Counted from the stretch's first letter, positions 37,808 to 48,074 are shown. The stretch is DNA of 64,000 nucleotides from Candidatus Saccharimonadia bacterium (GCA_036488585.1 DASXHH010000009.1:64399-128398), one strand, 5' to 3'. Numbers and translations are program-made. The notes: a model not told the origin generated them from the letters alone.

Positions 37808-39469
37808 CTAGAGCTGGTCGACGAGGGATTTAACCTTAGCCTGAACTACCTGCCCACTGTCTCGGGAAAGATGACTGACGGGCGGAATTTCCAAGAAAAA
37901 GGTGGAGCCGTGATTGAGCTTGCTTTGGGCCCAAATATGCGCGTTTATTCGATTGGCAAGCTCAAGACAGAGGTAGAGGCCGAGTCCGGTACCGCCAGTT
38001 TCTCGGGTACGATAGTCTTCGGCCCGGAAGAACTTAGTAAAGAGCTTGCTTTGGTTGGCGGCCGAGATGCCAATGCCAGAGTCGGCGATAGAGAAGAGGA
38101 TTCCGCCAGCCGGAGTGGGCCTGACGGTTATGGTCACTCCGCCTTCCTTAGTGTATTTGATGGCGTTAGAGACGAGGTTTTCCATTATTTCGTGAACATG
38201 GTGCTCGGTAGTAAGGACCGTGGGCAGGTCGGGCAAGTACTGCACTTTTAGAACTATGCCCTTGTTGGTAGCGACAGGCAAGAAATCTTTGTAAACTTGC
38301 TCAACCAGGGGTCTAACCTGGAGCGGTTTGATCTCGACGGTGAGGGCGTCGCGCTGGGCTTCGGCCAAAGTGGTAATGTCCTTCACGAGGGCAGCTAAAA
38401 AGATGACATTGCGCTGAGCTTGTTCAGCGAGAGTGACGGCTTCGGGCTTCATGTCCTTCTTGCCGAGCAGCATAGTGGACAAGGCTGCCTCTGCTATACC
38501 TAACGGGGTGCGAAGTTCATGCGAAGCCACAGAAATGAACTCCTGGCGTTGTTCATCCAGGGATTTTTCATTAGTGACGTCTTTTAATAACACGATGTAG
38601 TGATGGGTCGAGTCCTTGAGAGTGTTCGGCGTGATAGTGGCCTCGAGGCCTACCTCGGCACCGCTAGCCGACACGGCCATAAGACCCCGGTGCCGCATGG
38701 TTTTTTCGTCGGAGCGAGCGAGGTTAATCAGGCTGATCGAATCTTTTTTCGGAGAATGCAGCGCGAGAAGCTTATCGATATTTTGCCCGACGATGCTTTG
38801 CTCGGACTGGATAAGATCACCAAAAGCAGCGTTAGCTAGCTGTACTTTGCCGTCGTCATCGAGCAGGACCACCGCATCAGGCATTGAGTTGACGAGCGCA
38901 AGTAGATTGCTGCTTTCAAGCCGGTTTTGCTCAGCCATTTGCGAAAGAAGAACGCGTTCCTGATGCTCGTTGCGGGTGAGCTGTTCCACTATAAAGCCAA
39001 CACCGATGAACAGCCCCAGGCCCACGATCATGGATCTAGTTAGGCCCAGTGTGATTGGAGGGTAGAAAGCTACGGTATTAGTGAGGGTAATTACGGCGAG
39101 CTGAGCGATGAGCGAAATTAACATGCCGCGCAGACGATACCAATAGGTGGCGGCGATGAGAGTGATCACAAAGAGACCGGAATAGACCGTTATAACAGGG
39201 CCGGCAGCAAATAAGAGCAGGCTTACAAAAATATTATCGATAACCAAGGCCGCTGCTTGGGACTCAAAAAACTTTTGATGAGATTTAAGTGTCAGCAGGC
39301 GAAAGCAATAAAAGAGGGTCATACCGACAACAATTGCGAATAGTGCCATCGTCTGAGGTATGTGCCAGGGAATCGTAACGGCCACGAGACAGATAAGGAA
39401 GGGCCTGAATGTCAGCGCGGCCCGTTCGAGCTTATTGCTCTCCTGGTTCTGAGGGATTGTATTTGGCAC
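37808..39469 (-). CDS. Membrane PAS sensor histidine kinase
   Basis: 5-6 TM; PAS; ASHELRTP H-box; NLVSNAIKY, DSGIG and GTGLGL motifs. Confidence 0.93.
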   Translation of the reverse strand: MPNTIPQNQESNKLERAALTFRPFLICLVAVTIPWHIPQTMALFAIVVGMTLFYCFRLLTLKSHQKFFESQAAALVIDNIFVSLLLFAAGPVITVYSGLFVITLIAATYWYRLRGMLISLIAQLAVITLTNTVAFYPPITLGLTRSMIVGLGLFIGVGFIVEQLTRNEHQERVLLSQMAEQNRLESSNLLALVNSMPDAVVLLDDDGKVQLANAAFGDLIQSEQSIVGQNIDKLLALHSPKKDSISLINLARSDEKTMRHRGLMAVSASGAEVGLEATITPNTLKDSTHHYIVLLKDVTNEKSLDEQRQEFISVASHELRTPLGIAEAALSTMLLGKKDMKPEAVTLAEQAQRNVIFLAALVKDITTLAEAQRDALTVEIKPLQVRPLVEQVYKDFLPVATNKGIVLKVQYLPDLPTVLTTEHHVHEIMENLVSNAIKYTKEGGVTITVRPTPAGGILFSIADSGIGISAANQSKLFTKFFRAEDYRTRETGGTGLGLYLCLELANRINAHIWAQSKLNHGSTFFLEIPPVSHLSRDSGQVVQAKVKSLVDQL

Positions 39470-39471
39470 GG

Positions 39472-39879
39472 CTAGCCCTCTCGTGTCTCTTTAGCCTGCG
39501 GTAGGGTTAAAAGCTCGCGGAGCTTCGCGACCATATCAGCTAGCGATATCTCGGATTTGACCTCATAGTCATCGGCGCCGAAGATGGCGGCGCGCTTACG
39601 ATCGTCTAGATCGCCGAGGGCCGAAAACACCAGGACCCGGATTTTGCTGGTGGCGGGGGTGCGGCGGATGAGCTTTAACACGTCGAAGCCCGACATCTTC
39701 GGTAGCATGAGATCGAGTAGAACTAGGTCGGGTTTAAATTCGAGGATGCCTTCCAGCGCATGCTCGCCATCGGAGACAACGCTGATCTCGAAGCCTTCCA
39801 TTTCCAGGCGCATTCTGTACAGATCAGCTAGAACTTCGTCGTCGTCTACTATGAGAATTTTAGGCTTGGATTTACTCAT
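39472..39879 (-). CDS. Single-domain response regulator receiver
   Basis: IVDDD, LLDLMLPKMSG and GADDYEVK motifs. Confidence 0.92.
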   Translation of the reverse strand: MSKSKPKILIVDDDEVLADLYRMRLEMEGFEISVVSDGEHALEGILEFKPDLVLLDLMLPKMSGFDVLKLIRRTPATSKIRVLVFSALGDLDDRKRAAIFGADDYEVKSEISLADMVAKLRELLTLPQAKETREG

Positions 39880-40652
39880 ACTGTATTGGAGGAGGCCAGC
39901 TTAGCGGGTGTCCTTTCGGGTGCCACTAAGGCGCTCTGGACTCGATAGGCAATACCGACAGCGATGAGTAACGTGCCCACAATATAGATGGCGTCGGCCG
40001 CGGCGTAGGCGCCGGCCGAGCGGGCTAGATCGTGCATCGGGCCGCCGATAATTATGATTAGAAATCCGGCCGCCAACAGAACTGACTTAGTGCGCTTGGC
40101 AAGACTGCCCTTGGCTGCGTTAATTGCGAATAAGATAGCGGCCGGCAGCAGCGAAAGCAGACAGGCTACTACGATGCCCACCCCGACGATGGGGGCGGCT
40201 CGGAATTCAGTGATATCGAGGGTCGTGTTATAGACCGGTTGGACTCCCCAGATCATGGTCTTGGCGTTCACAATGGTGATGGCGATGGTGAATAAGATCC
40301 AGACCACCGTTAAAATGCGTCCCTTACCAGCGAGCTGAGGAACAATTGAGATAACCATTAAAGAGATGCGAATGCAGGCAAGGTAAAGGAAAATGTGGCC
40401 AACCACATACCCCCAGGCCATAGCGGTGGAAAAAGCGGAGGGCCCAACATGCAGCCAATAAATGGGTAGCGACATGCCCGCGGTGAAGAGGGTCATGAAC
40501 AGGAAGAAGCTGCGCAAATAGGCCAGAGATTGATTGGGAGCTGTGTTGGCCTGGCGGATTCTCTGGCCTAGATAGAGCCAAGCCGCGAACGATATTAGAC
40601 AGCCAAGCGAAGTTGTAAGTCCTGTGAGTGGGATGGAAGGAACCATAACCAT
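39876..40652 (-). CDS. Seven-TM membrane protein heading the two-component operon
   Basis: About 7 hydrophobic segments; ATGA overlap with the receiver gene; start uncertain (40646-40682). Confidence 0.7.
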   Translation of the reverse strand: MVMVPSIPLTGLTTSLGCLISFAAWLYLGQRIRQANTAPNQSLAYLRSFFLFMTLFTAGMSLPIYWLHVGPSAFSTAMAWGYVVGHIFLYLACIRISLMVISIVPQLAGKGRILTVVWILFTIAITIVNAKTMIWGVQPVYNTTLDITEFRAAPIVGVGIVVACLLSLLPAAILFAINAAKGSLAKRTKSVLLAAGFLIIIIGGPMHDLARSAGAYAAADAIYIVGTLLIAVGIAYRVQSALVAPERTPAKLASSNTV

Positions 40653-40877
40653 AATATATAGTGGTTTGTCTATGATTTCCATCCAAATCAGTTAGAAAAT
40701 CTAGTTTATTCGGTGAGCGAGGCCCGAGGAGGCCTCGATCTGAATGGTGGACTAGTTAACATCCGAGCACATGCCAGCCCCTGTCCCTGGTTAAGGAAGT
40801 ACATATCGATGGCATCTTGGATTGCCTATACGCTTACGCTTTGCGATAATAAATCCATATTGTTTACGATGCGATTT

Positions 40878-41537
40878 ATGAACTACACCAGCCGGGTCAG
40901 TCTCGGTAACACGTTGGCGCAAAGACTCAAGGAGTTCCGGGGAAAGGGCGCTATCGTTGTTTGCCTGGAAGAGAGCTCGCTGTTGACCTGCTTGACCATA
41001 GCCAGCCAGATTCATGCGTATGTCTATCCCCTCTTGTTCGAGCCGATCTACAGCCAAGACAGTATGCATCAGCCCCTGGGCGCCTACGATCAGGATGGTG
41101 AGCTTTGCCCAATTCCCGGCACGCACGTATCGGAGAGCGATCTGACTCCGGAGATGCGATCGATGCTTAAGCACTTACATGGCCCGGCCGTTGAGACGGT
41201 GATGAACGAAAAGCAGAAGTTTGGCATGGAGCTAGACAAATCGACACTCAACGGACGGGATGTAATTTTGGCGGTCGATATTCTAACGAGCGTTATACCA
41301 GTAATAGTGGCGCGCAAGCTGTTGAGCGAAATAGCACCCAAGAGCGTAACGGCTGTGGCAGGTAACGCCACCCTGGAGACTGCCCAGCTCCTGCGACTGA
41401 CCGCCGCGCGCACCGAGATTCTGGACGTCATAAGCGGCATAACCTTTGATCCAAACCATTATTTCGAAGATAGGGACGGCTATTCGACAGACCAACAGCA
41501 CACTTTAACGCGTAACATCGCCAGCTACTGGCAGTAA
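40878..41537 (+). CDS. Degenerate phosphoribosyltransferase-fold protein
   Basis: SR--LG--LA-RL N-terminus; L-GRDVILAVDILTS resembles the PRPP loop (VDDG-ATG); -10 TACGAT 7 nt before ATG 40878. Confidence 0.55.
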   Translation: MNYTSRVSLGNTLAQRLKEFRGKGAIVVCLEESSLLTCLTIASQIHAYVYPLLFEPIYSQDSMHQPLGAYDQDGELCPIPGTHVSESDLTPEMRSMLKHLHGPAVETVMNEKQKFGMELDKSTLNGRDVILAVDILTSVIPVIVARKLLSEIAPKSVTAVAGNATLETAQLLRLTAARTEILDVISGITFDPNHYFEDRDGYSTDQQHTLTRNIASYWQ

Positions 41538-41550
41538 TGAAGGAGTAGTG

Positions 41551-42630
41551 ATGCCAGAATCCCCAAACTTGCAATCACTGGCGGGTTCAATGCCAGTAAA
41601 ACAGGCGGCCGTGCGCGGCCAGCGGAGCTTTTCGCCCCAAAATCCGGCTATCCCGGATTCGGATCTGGCGCGGGCCCAGCGCTTACTGGATACGGTCGCG
41701 GGGCTGTTTAGGACCAAGGTGGTCGGCCAGGAAAGCTTGCTTTTAAATCTGCTAGTGGCGTTGTTGGCCAACGGTCACATTTTGCTAGAAAGTGTGCCAG
41801 GGCTGGCCAAGACTACCGGCGCACAGACCCTAGCCGACGCCACGAAGGCGAGCTTTCGGCGCATCCAGTGTACCCCGGACCTGTTGCCGAGCGACATTAT
41901 TGGTTCCCAGATTTTTAACTACTCGAAGGGCACTTTCGAGACTCAGCTGGGACCGGTGCACGCCAACTTCGTGCTGCTGGATGAGATTAACCGGTCGAGC
42001 GCAAAAACGCAGAGCGCCATGCTTGAGGCTATGCAGGAGCGGCAGACGACCATTGGTGGCCAGGTATTCAAATTGCCTCAGCCTTTCGTGGTGCTCGCGA
42101 CCCAGAACCCAATTGAGCAGGAAGGCACCTACGAACTGCCGGAAGCCCAGCTCGACCGTTTTCTCCTGAAAGAGATTCTGACCTACCCCAAGCCAGTCGA
42201 GGAAGTAGAGGTGCTCAACCGCATTGAATCCGGGGTGTTCGATACAAAGTTGGACGCCTCCCGCTCCATCGACGTGCCCGACGTAGTGTACTTGCAGCAG
42301 CTCGTGAAGAAGGTGTACGTCGACGAGTCTATCAAGCAGTACATTGTGAACATTGTTTCCAGTACCAGGTACCCGGCCAAGGTGATTGCACCCGATCTGG
42401 CCCGGTACGTAGAGAACGGCGCGAGCCCGCGTGGAAGCATCACGCTGATGCAGGTGGCCCGGGGCTTGGCATTGATTAAGGGCCGTGATTACGTGACGCC
42501 GGATGATGTGAAGCAGATGCGATACAGCGCCCTCAGGCATCGCATAATCCTTAACTTCGAGGCGGTCGCGGACAACGTGCACCAAGAGGCGGTGATTGAC
42601 GCAATTTTTGCGGCGGTACTAGCGCCGTAA
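41551..42630 (+). CDS. moxR: MoxR family AAA+ ATPase
   Basis: HILLESVPGLAKT, RIQCTPDLLPSD, LLDEINR and ATQNPIEQEGTY-LPEAQLDRF motifs. Confidence 0.95.
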   Translation: MPESPNLQSLAGSMPVKQAAVRGQRSFSPQNPAIPDSDLARAQRLLDTVAGLFRTKVVGQESLLLNLLVALLANGHILLESVPGLAKTTGAQTLADATKASFRRIQCTPDLLPSDIIGSQIFNYSKGTFETQLGPVHANFVLLDEINRSSAKTQSAMLEAMQERQTTIGGQVFKLPQPFVVLATQNPIEQEGTYELPEAQLDRFLLKEILTYPKPVEEVEVLNRIESGVFDTKLDASRSIDVPDVVYLQQLVKKVYVDESIKQYIVNIVSSTRYPAKVIAPDLARYVENGASPRGSITLMQVARGLALIKGRDYVTPDDVKQMRYSALRHRIILNFEAVADNVHQEAVIDAIFAAVLAP

Positions 42631-42642
42631 CCGGGAGTATCT

Positions 42643-43530
42643 ATGGCAAGTTTGCTGGTAAAAGTTCGCCGCAAGATGTCCATAATCTCCCACCGCAAGG
42701 TTAGGAGTGCCCTTGAGGGCGAGTACTCTTCGGTGTTTAAGGGCCGGAGTATGGACTTTGAAGACTTGCGCGAATACATCCCGGGAGACGATGTAAAAGA
42801 CATCGAATGGCGGGCCACCGCTCGCTCGGGACAGGTACGTATTAAGAGGTACGTAGCCGTTCGAAAGCACAACATCATGCTGGTGGTGGACACCGGCCGC
42901 TCGATGGCCGCGACGGCACCGAGCGGTGAGATCAAGCGCGATATTGCCGTGATGGCGGCCGGGGTGATTGCTACAGTGGCGCAGAAGCACGAGGATGTGA
43001 TCGGGCTGACCGCCGGCAATAGCAAAACCATTTACCACATGCCGCTTAAGGGCAGCCGGCCGCATATTGAGCGAATGCTCCAGTATATAAATTCGCATAT
43101 TACGACAGACGGGCCGCCTAGTGACCTCACCGCACTGCTCGACTACGTGAAGCGCACCAACCGGCGGCGTATGCTGCTGATTATTATTAGCGACAACCTG
43201 CAGTTTGCATCGGCTCAAGAACAGCTGCTGCGGCGGTTGGCGGCTCAACACGAGCTTCTGGTGATTACTATTGATGACCTGGACCCGAGCGATGATGCGT
43301 GGAAGGAGCGTAACCTTTTCGACGTCGACACGCCGGTGCCGCTGCCATCGTTTGTGCGCCGGCAAAAAGCGGTGGAGGCGGCGTTCCAGGCGCGGGTGCG
43401 GAGCGAATGGCAGAGTGGCAGCCACACGCTGGAGCGAGTTCGGATCAGCAGCGTCAGGATTGATAGCGAAGATACTGTGATCAACCAAATTGTGCGGCTA
43501 CTGGAGGAGCATAGGCGTGCTCGTCGCTGA
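42643..43530 (+). CDS. DUF58 (VWA-like) protein
   Basis: G-SMDFEDLREY-PGDD-KDIEW-ATAR motif. Confidence 0.92.
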   Translation: MASLLVKVRRKMSIISHRKVRSALEGEYSSVFKGRSMDFEDLREYIPGDDVKDIEWRATARSGQVRIKRYVAVRKHNIMLVVDTGRSMAATAPSGEIKRDIAVMAAGVIATVAQKHEDVIGLTAGNSKTIYHMPLKGSRPHIERMLQYINSHITTDGPPSDLTALLDYVKRTNRRRMLLIIISDNLQFASAQEQLLRRLAAQHELLVITIDDLDPSDDAWKERNLFDVDTPVPLPSFVRRQKAVEAAFQARVRSEWQSGSHTLERVRISSVRIDSEDTVINQIVRLLEEHRRARR

Positions 43531-43993
43531 TATCCTCAACCCGCCCATTCAATACGACATCATCTGGTTTATCATCGGTACGCTGGTATTCCTGACAATT
43601 CTAATATGGTACGGCTTGGTGTTTTGGCTAACCCGGCATCAGACGATTCAATCACTCGATAGCTTGAAGCAGCTGCCCGTAGGTGGCGAGATGGAGCGGC
43701 TAAAAACGAAGTACCTCAAACTAATTGAACAAGCGTACCAACGCTATCTAACTCGAGAATACAAACTGCGCGACTTGCATAGAACTTTGAGCATGATCAC
43801 GCGTACCTTTGTGCTGGAGGCCAAGCATTTCCCGGCTCCATACCTGACGCTGGGAGACCTGGTGTTGTCGCCTTACCCGAATCTGACTCGACTGATTAAG
43901 GCCTACTATCCTGAAGAGTTCGCACTGATTACGCATGCCGAGGCCGAGATATCAGTTCAGCAGGCAAAGGATTTCGTAAACCAATGGGTCTGA
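43517..43993 (+). CDS. Membrane protein of MoxR/VWA operon
   Basis: GTG 43517; N-terminal TM; YPEEF motif; overlaps both neighbours. Confidence 0.7.
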   Translation: MLVADILNPPIQYDIIWFIIGTLVFLTILIWYGLVFWLTRHQTIQSLDSLKQLPVGGEMERLKTKYLKLIEQAYQRYLTREYKLRDLHRTLSMITRTFVLEAKHFPAPYLTLGDLVLSPYPNLTRLIKAYYPEEFALITHAEAEISVQQAKDFVNQWV

Positions 43994-44985
43994 TCTTCTG
44001 GTGGATGCTGGTGATTTGGGTTGTCGGCATCGCGGCCTACTGGCTGATACGCTACCTGCTGCATGCCCGCCGAAAACGCGAAGACGAGAGCCAGTATGTT
44101 CCGGTGGCACATAGTAACCGGCTGACCCAACTGCAGGAATACGTCGTAGCGCTAAAGCTGTACCGGCGCTTTACGACCGCGATTGTAGTGTTACTGACCA
44201 CCTGCTTATTGTCGGCCATAGTACTAACGGCGCGGCCGGCGACGATATCGGTGATTAAGCCCGCACAACAGAATCGCGACATCATGCTCTGCCTGGATGA
44301 CTCGGGGTCGGTGCTGCGCGAAGACACGACGCTACTTGATCGCTACAGCACATTGGTGAGCAGTTTTAGCGGCCAGCGTTTTGGACTGACCCTGTTCGAT
44401 AGTTCGGCGGTGACCATCATTCCGCTAAACGATAACTACCAGCTGATTACGCAGCGGCTAAAGGTGGCAGCCCAAGCATTTCAGGCTCAAAAAGGGGCCA
44501 CTTTTACCCAGCTAACGAACGGAACCCTGGCCGGGTTTACTGAAGGCACCTCGCTGGTGAGCGACGGGTTGGCATCTTGCATTCTCCATATGGGAACCAA
44601 CATCCAGAACCGGTCGCAATCGATAATTCTGGCCACCGACAATGAGGTTAACGGCAAGCCGGTTGTGGGGGTGGCACAGGCGATTGTGATGGCTAAGCAG
44701 CGCAATATTCATGTGTTCGCGATTGATCCCGGGGTGGCCGACTCGAAACTGTCGGCGGATCACGCTCAGCTTCAGGTGATCGCAAAGGAGACCGGTGGCA
44801 ACTACTACACGCTTGATAGTCCCAGCACGGTTGACGGCATTATTACGGCCATCCGGGCGCAGCAGGCGGCCAATTACGTAGGCGTGCCGCAGCTGGCCAC
44901 GAATGACAACCCGGCGCCGTTTATTTACCTGGCCGCATTGCTGGCGATGGCGTCGATCGCGCTCTTGTGGAGGCTGGAATTATGA
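43984..44985 (+). CDS. VWA domain membrane protein (BatA-like)
   Basis: ARP...RDIMLCLDDSGS MIDAS; GTSL-SDGLASC; ATDN. Confidence 0.88.
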   Translation: MGLIFWWMLVIWVVGIAAYWLIRYLLHARRKREDESQYVPVAHSNRLTQLQEYVVALKLYRRFTTAIVVLLTTCLLSAIVLTARPATISVIKPAQQNRDIMLCLDDSGSVLREDTTLLDRYSTLVSSFSGQRFGLTLFDSSAVTIIPLNDNYQLITQRLKVAAQAFQAQKGATFTQLTNGTLAGFTEGTSLVSDGLASCILHMGTNIQNRSQSIILATDNEVNGKPVVGVAQAIVMAKQRNIHVFAIDPGVADSKLSADHAQLQVIAKETGGNYYTLDSPSTVDGIITAIRAQQAANYVGVPQLATNDNPAPFIYLAALLAMASIALLWRLEL

Positions 44986-45998
44986 AACTACAACCAGTTA
45001 TATCCTGGTGGCTGCTGGTGCCCTACCTGATAGCCGTAATGGCTGCGGGCGGGTGGCAGATACTGAAGGTGCGCAAGCAAGAACGCAGGGTCGTGCTGAG
45101 GTGGGTGCGCCGAGCAAGCTTGTTGCTACTGCCGGGACTATTAGCCCTGGGGCCGAGCATTCCTGGCGGCACCTCCAGCCCGGGGGTAGCCAACCTGGAC
45201 GTGATATTTGCAGTCGACACCACGCCGAGTATGGCGGCACTCGATTACCATGGAACTGGGCAACGGTTAGATGGAGCAAAGGCCGACTTGTTGGCGCTAG
45301 TGGACAAAATGCAAGGCGCGCACATAGAAATCATCACGTTTGATTCGAACGCCAATATTATCCTGCCATTTACGAGCGATCTAACTGCCCTATCGTCGGC
45401 GGTGCAGGGTATGATTCCGGAGGTTAGTAGCTACTCGCAGGGCAGCGCCATCGATGAGCCCAAGGATCTCATTGTTCAGGAGCTCAAGAACAGCAAGACG
45501 GCCTTCCCACAGCACAAACGGCTGCTGTATTACCTGGGTGACGGAGAGCAGACGGTGAGCGCCGCCGTGCAATCGTTTGCCCCCATTGCTCCCTACCTAA
45601 ACGGCGGGGCGGTGCTCGGCTACGGCACCACTGTGGGGGCCCAGATGCTCGACTACACCGGAGACAGCACCCAGGCCACTACCTACATCCAGACCGCGGG
45701 CCCATCCAGCCAGCTGACCCCGGCCGTTTCGAAGATGGATCCCACGACACTCACGAATTTTGCGAGCCAGATGCAGGTAGCGTACCAGAACCGCAACGCG
45801 GGTGGCGCGGTAGATAGCGTATACAAAGCCAGCAAGGCTCAAATCGCCGTCGACAACAGCCAGCACCTAATTCGATACCTCAGCTTGTACTGGCTGCTGG
45901 CTATCCCGTTTGCGGGGTTGGTGTTTTGGGAATGGAAAGCCGTGGTGATTAAGTTCTTGGATTTGCGGCAATACCGAGAAGGAGCAAAGCGTGGCTGA
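44982..45998 (+). CDS. VWA domain membrane protein (BatB-like)
   Basis: AVDTTPSM-A-DY, RLDG-K, DGE and GGAVLGYGT motifs. Confidence 0.88.
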   Translation: MKLQPVISWWLLVPYLIAVMAAGGWQILKVRKQERRVVLRWVRRASLLLLPGLLALGPSIPGGTSSPGVANLDVIFAVDTTPSMAALDYHGTGQRLDGAKADLLALVDKMQGAHIEIITFDSNANIILPFTSDLTALSSAVQGMIPEVSSYSQGSAIDEPKDLIVQELKNSKTAFPQHKRLLYYLGDGEQTVSAAVQSFAPIAPYLNGGAVLGYGTTVGAQMLDYTGDSTQATTYIQTAGPSSQLTPAVSKMDPTTLTNFASQMQVAYQNRNAGGAVDSVYKASKAQIAVDNSQHLIRYLSLYWLLAIPFAGLVFWEWKAVVIKFLDLRQYREGAKRG

Positions 45999-46734
45999 CC
46001 GCGGTATAAGACGCTTGCTGAAGGTGAACGCGGCGATGTTTGCCCGGCGGCCGCCTGCGATCATGGTTGGACCCAACTTCCAGCCGTTCGCGTTTTCGCA
46101 GATTGAATACGATACCGAGCGCAAGAAGAAGCGGCGAAAGTTGCTCTTTTGGTCGCTGCCAGCGGTTTTCATCGTGCTACTGGTAGCCTTGTATTTCTTG
46201 CTGCCCACGCCGCTAACTTCCGAAGCGATTCAGAATTATAACCATAAAAATTACCCCTACTCCAGGATCTGGCTAACGCCGCTAACCTGGGCGAGCCCCC
46301 AGCAGTTCGTGATTGCGTTTAACAGTGGGACGGTGGATACGCAGCTTGGCAGTTACACGCTGGCCCAAGGTGAGCTGCTGCGAGCCCTGCAACTGGCCAC
46401 GCCGGCTCAACGCTGTATGGTCCTGCAAAACCTGGTCTACTCCTTTGACGCGCACGCCAACCTGCTCTTCCGCCAGGGACAAAACCAAAGTGCTACCGAT
46501 TTGACATCGGAGGTAGCCACGATTAAGCAAGCCAACCCAAAGTGTTTCCTCCAGCCTAAAGGTGGGGGCGGTGGAGGTGGCGGCGGCAACAAGCAGAACA
46601 AGCCAGCGGATCTTTTGACGGCCGCTCAGGAGGTACAACTTCAGCAAAAGAACCAGGCCGGCGATCAAATGGAGCAGCAAGATTTTCAGCAAAATAGCGT
46701 TAACCCCAATAGCCCCAATATAAAGCCATGGTAA
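45991..46734 (+). CDS. TM + TPR-like protein with Gln-rich tail (BatC-like)
   Basis: FNSGT...A---L--AL helix pattern; G/Q-rich linker; C-terminal KPW. Confidence 0.65.
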   Translation: MADRGIRRLLKVNAAMFARRPPAIMVGPNFQPFAFSQIEYDTERKKKRRKLLFWSLPAVFIVLLVALYFLLPTPLTSEAIQNYNHKNYPYSRIWLTPLTWASPQQFVIAFNSGTVDTQLGSYTLAQGELLRALQLATPAQRCMVLQNLVYSFDAHANLLFRQGQNQSATDLTSEVATIKQANPKCFLQPKGGGGGGGGGNKQNKPADLLTAAQEVQLQQKNQAGDQMEQQDFQQNSVNPNSPNIKPW

Positions 46735-46766
46735 ACACAAGCATTATCGCGGTAGGATACTAAGCA

Positions 46767-48059
46767 ATGAGCAAACGTCGGAAGCCAAACCGCATAGCCC
46801 GCATGCTAAGGTCCCGTAAACGCCTGCAGCCATTGGTGCTGCCGGCGCTGGTGCTGGTGGTAATTTTTGGCCTAGTGGCGTCTCGGATTATGACTGCGTC
46901 TTTTGCGGCGGTGTACCCGAACCCCCAGATTGGGCAGACGTGTGGTGGTTTGGATATCGCATTGGTGGCAGATGTGTCCGGAAGCATCACGCAGGATCAG
47001 ACGGAATTTACCGAGATGCAAACGGCCTTCACGGACTTCGTGAGTAGTCTGCCGCCGGGCACTAATACGCTGTTTTCGCTCACCCAATTTGATACTAATG
47101 CGGTTGTATTGGAAAAATTTACTAACAACGCCGCGACTCTAGATAACGCCATTAATAACTTTAGCGGTGGCGGGGAGACGAACTGGGTCGATGGCTTAAA
47201 AGCCGGCTACAGTACGTTTTCAGGCCTTCCAGCTCCCGCGGCGGGCGCCAAACCGGTCCCGAAGTTGCTCATAATTGCCACCGATGGTGACCCGACCGTG
47301 CCCCGGAGCACCGCGTTGAGTGACGCCATTACGGAAGCCAATACCATTAAACAGGCCGGCGTCCATGTGCTGGCGGTGGGGCTGGGAAGCTCCCCGACGA
47401 TCTCTAACCTAGAAGATATCACGGGTACTAACCTCAACACCGGCGATATCAACACGGACGTAGTGACCACCAAGTTCGATACACTGGACGCCGCCATGCT
47501 CAACATTGCTTCAGCTACTTGTGGTGGCACCGGCACTGGCACCGGCACTGGCGGCACTGGCAACGGCACCAACGGCAATGGCAACGGCACAGGTGGTACC
47601 GGCAATGGTAGCGGTACCGGCGGGACTGGCACCGGTAGCAATGGCACTGGTAGCGGTAACGGAGATTCGGCCACGCCGCAGCCGAGCTCCTCGCCACAGC
47701 CGGCGCCGGTGCCCGATCCCAACCAGCACCCCATAAAGGTGCCGGTGGTGGTACCGAACCCGCAGCCAAGCACAGCTCCGGTCCCCTCCCCTAGCCAAAC
47801 TCCAAATCCGGCGCCGGCTCCTAAATCGCAAGGCAACCAGGTTCAGCCGCCGGTACAGTCGCCGTCCATATTCTTTGACGGCAAGGCATACGCGCCGGGC
47901 AGCGCCCCCGATAGCGCCGGTGCTAATGTGGCCAGGCCGACGTTTAACTGGTGGTACTTGGTGATTGGCCTGGTCATAGCCGTGGCAGGGATTGCTACAT
48001 ACATATTCTGGCAGCGGCGACAGGCTACGCCTCGCATCAAGTCCAAATCTAGAAGATGA
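46767..48059 (+). CDS. Surface VWA adhesin-like protein with Gly/Thr/Asn and Pro-rich stalks and C-terminal TM
   Basis: DVSGS MIDAS, TNW--GL and TDGDP motifs; low-complexity linkers; TM plus basic tail. Confidence 0.85.
   Translation: MSKRRKPNRIARMLRSRKRLQPLVLPALVLVVIFGLVASRIMTASFAAVYPNPQIGQTCGGLDIALVADVSGSITQDQTEFTEMQTAFTDFVSSLPPGTNTLFSLTQFDTNAVVLEKFTNNAATLDNAINNFSGGGETNWVDGLKAGYSTFSGLPAPAAGAKPVPKLLIIATDGDPTVPRSTALSDAITEANTIKQAGVHVLAVGLGSSPTISNLEDITGTNLNTGDINTDVVTTKFDTLDAAMLNIASATCGGTGTGTGTGGTGNGTNGNGNGTGGTGNGSGTGGTGTGSNGTGSGNGDSATPQPSSSPQPAPVPDPNQHPIKVPVVVPNPQPSTAPVPSPSQTPNPAPAPKSQGNQVQPPVQSPSIFFDGKAYAPGSAPDSAGANVARPTFNWWYLVIGLVIAVAGIATYIFWQRRQATPRIKSKSRR
47520..47662 (+). repeat. Low-complexity coding repeat (Gly-Thr/Gly-Asn)
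   Basis: Repeated GGCACY/GGCAAY codons encoding GTGTGTGGTGNGTNGNGNG... Confidence 0.8.
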
Positions 48060-48074
48060 CCAGCAGACTAATGG

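Noticed and set aside
47207-47836. Long antisense PV/PL-repeat ORF (and similar GV repeat at 58402-58746)
   Set aside because: Mirror of low-complexity linkers on the coding strand; not CRISPR and not independent genes.
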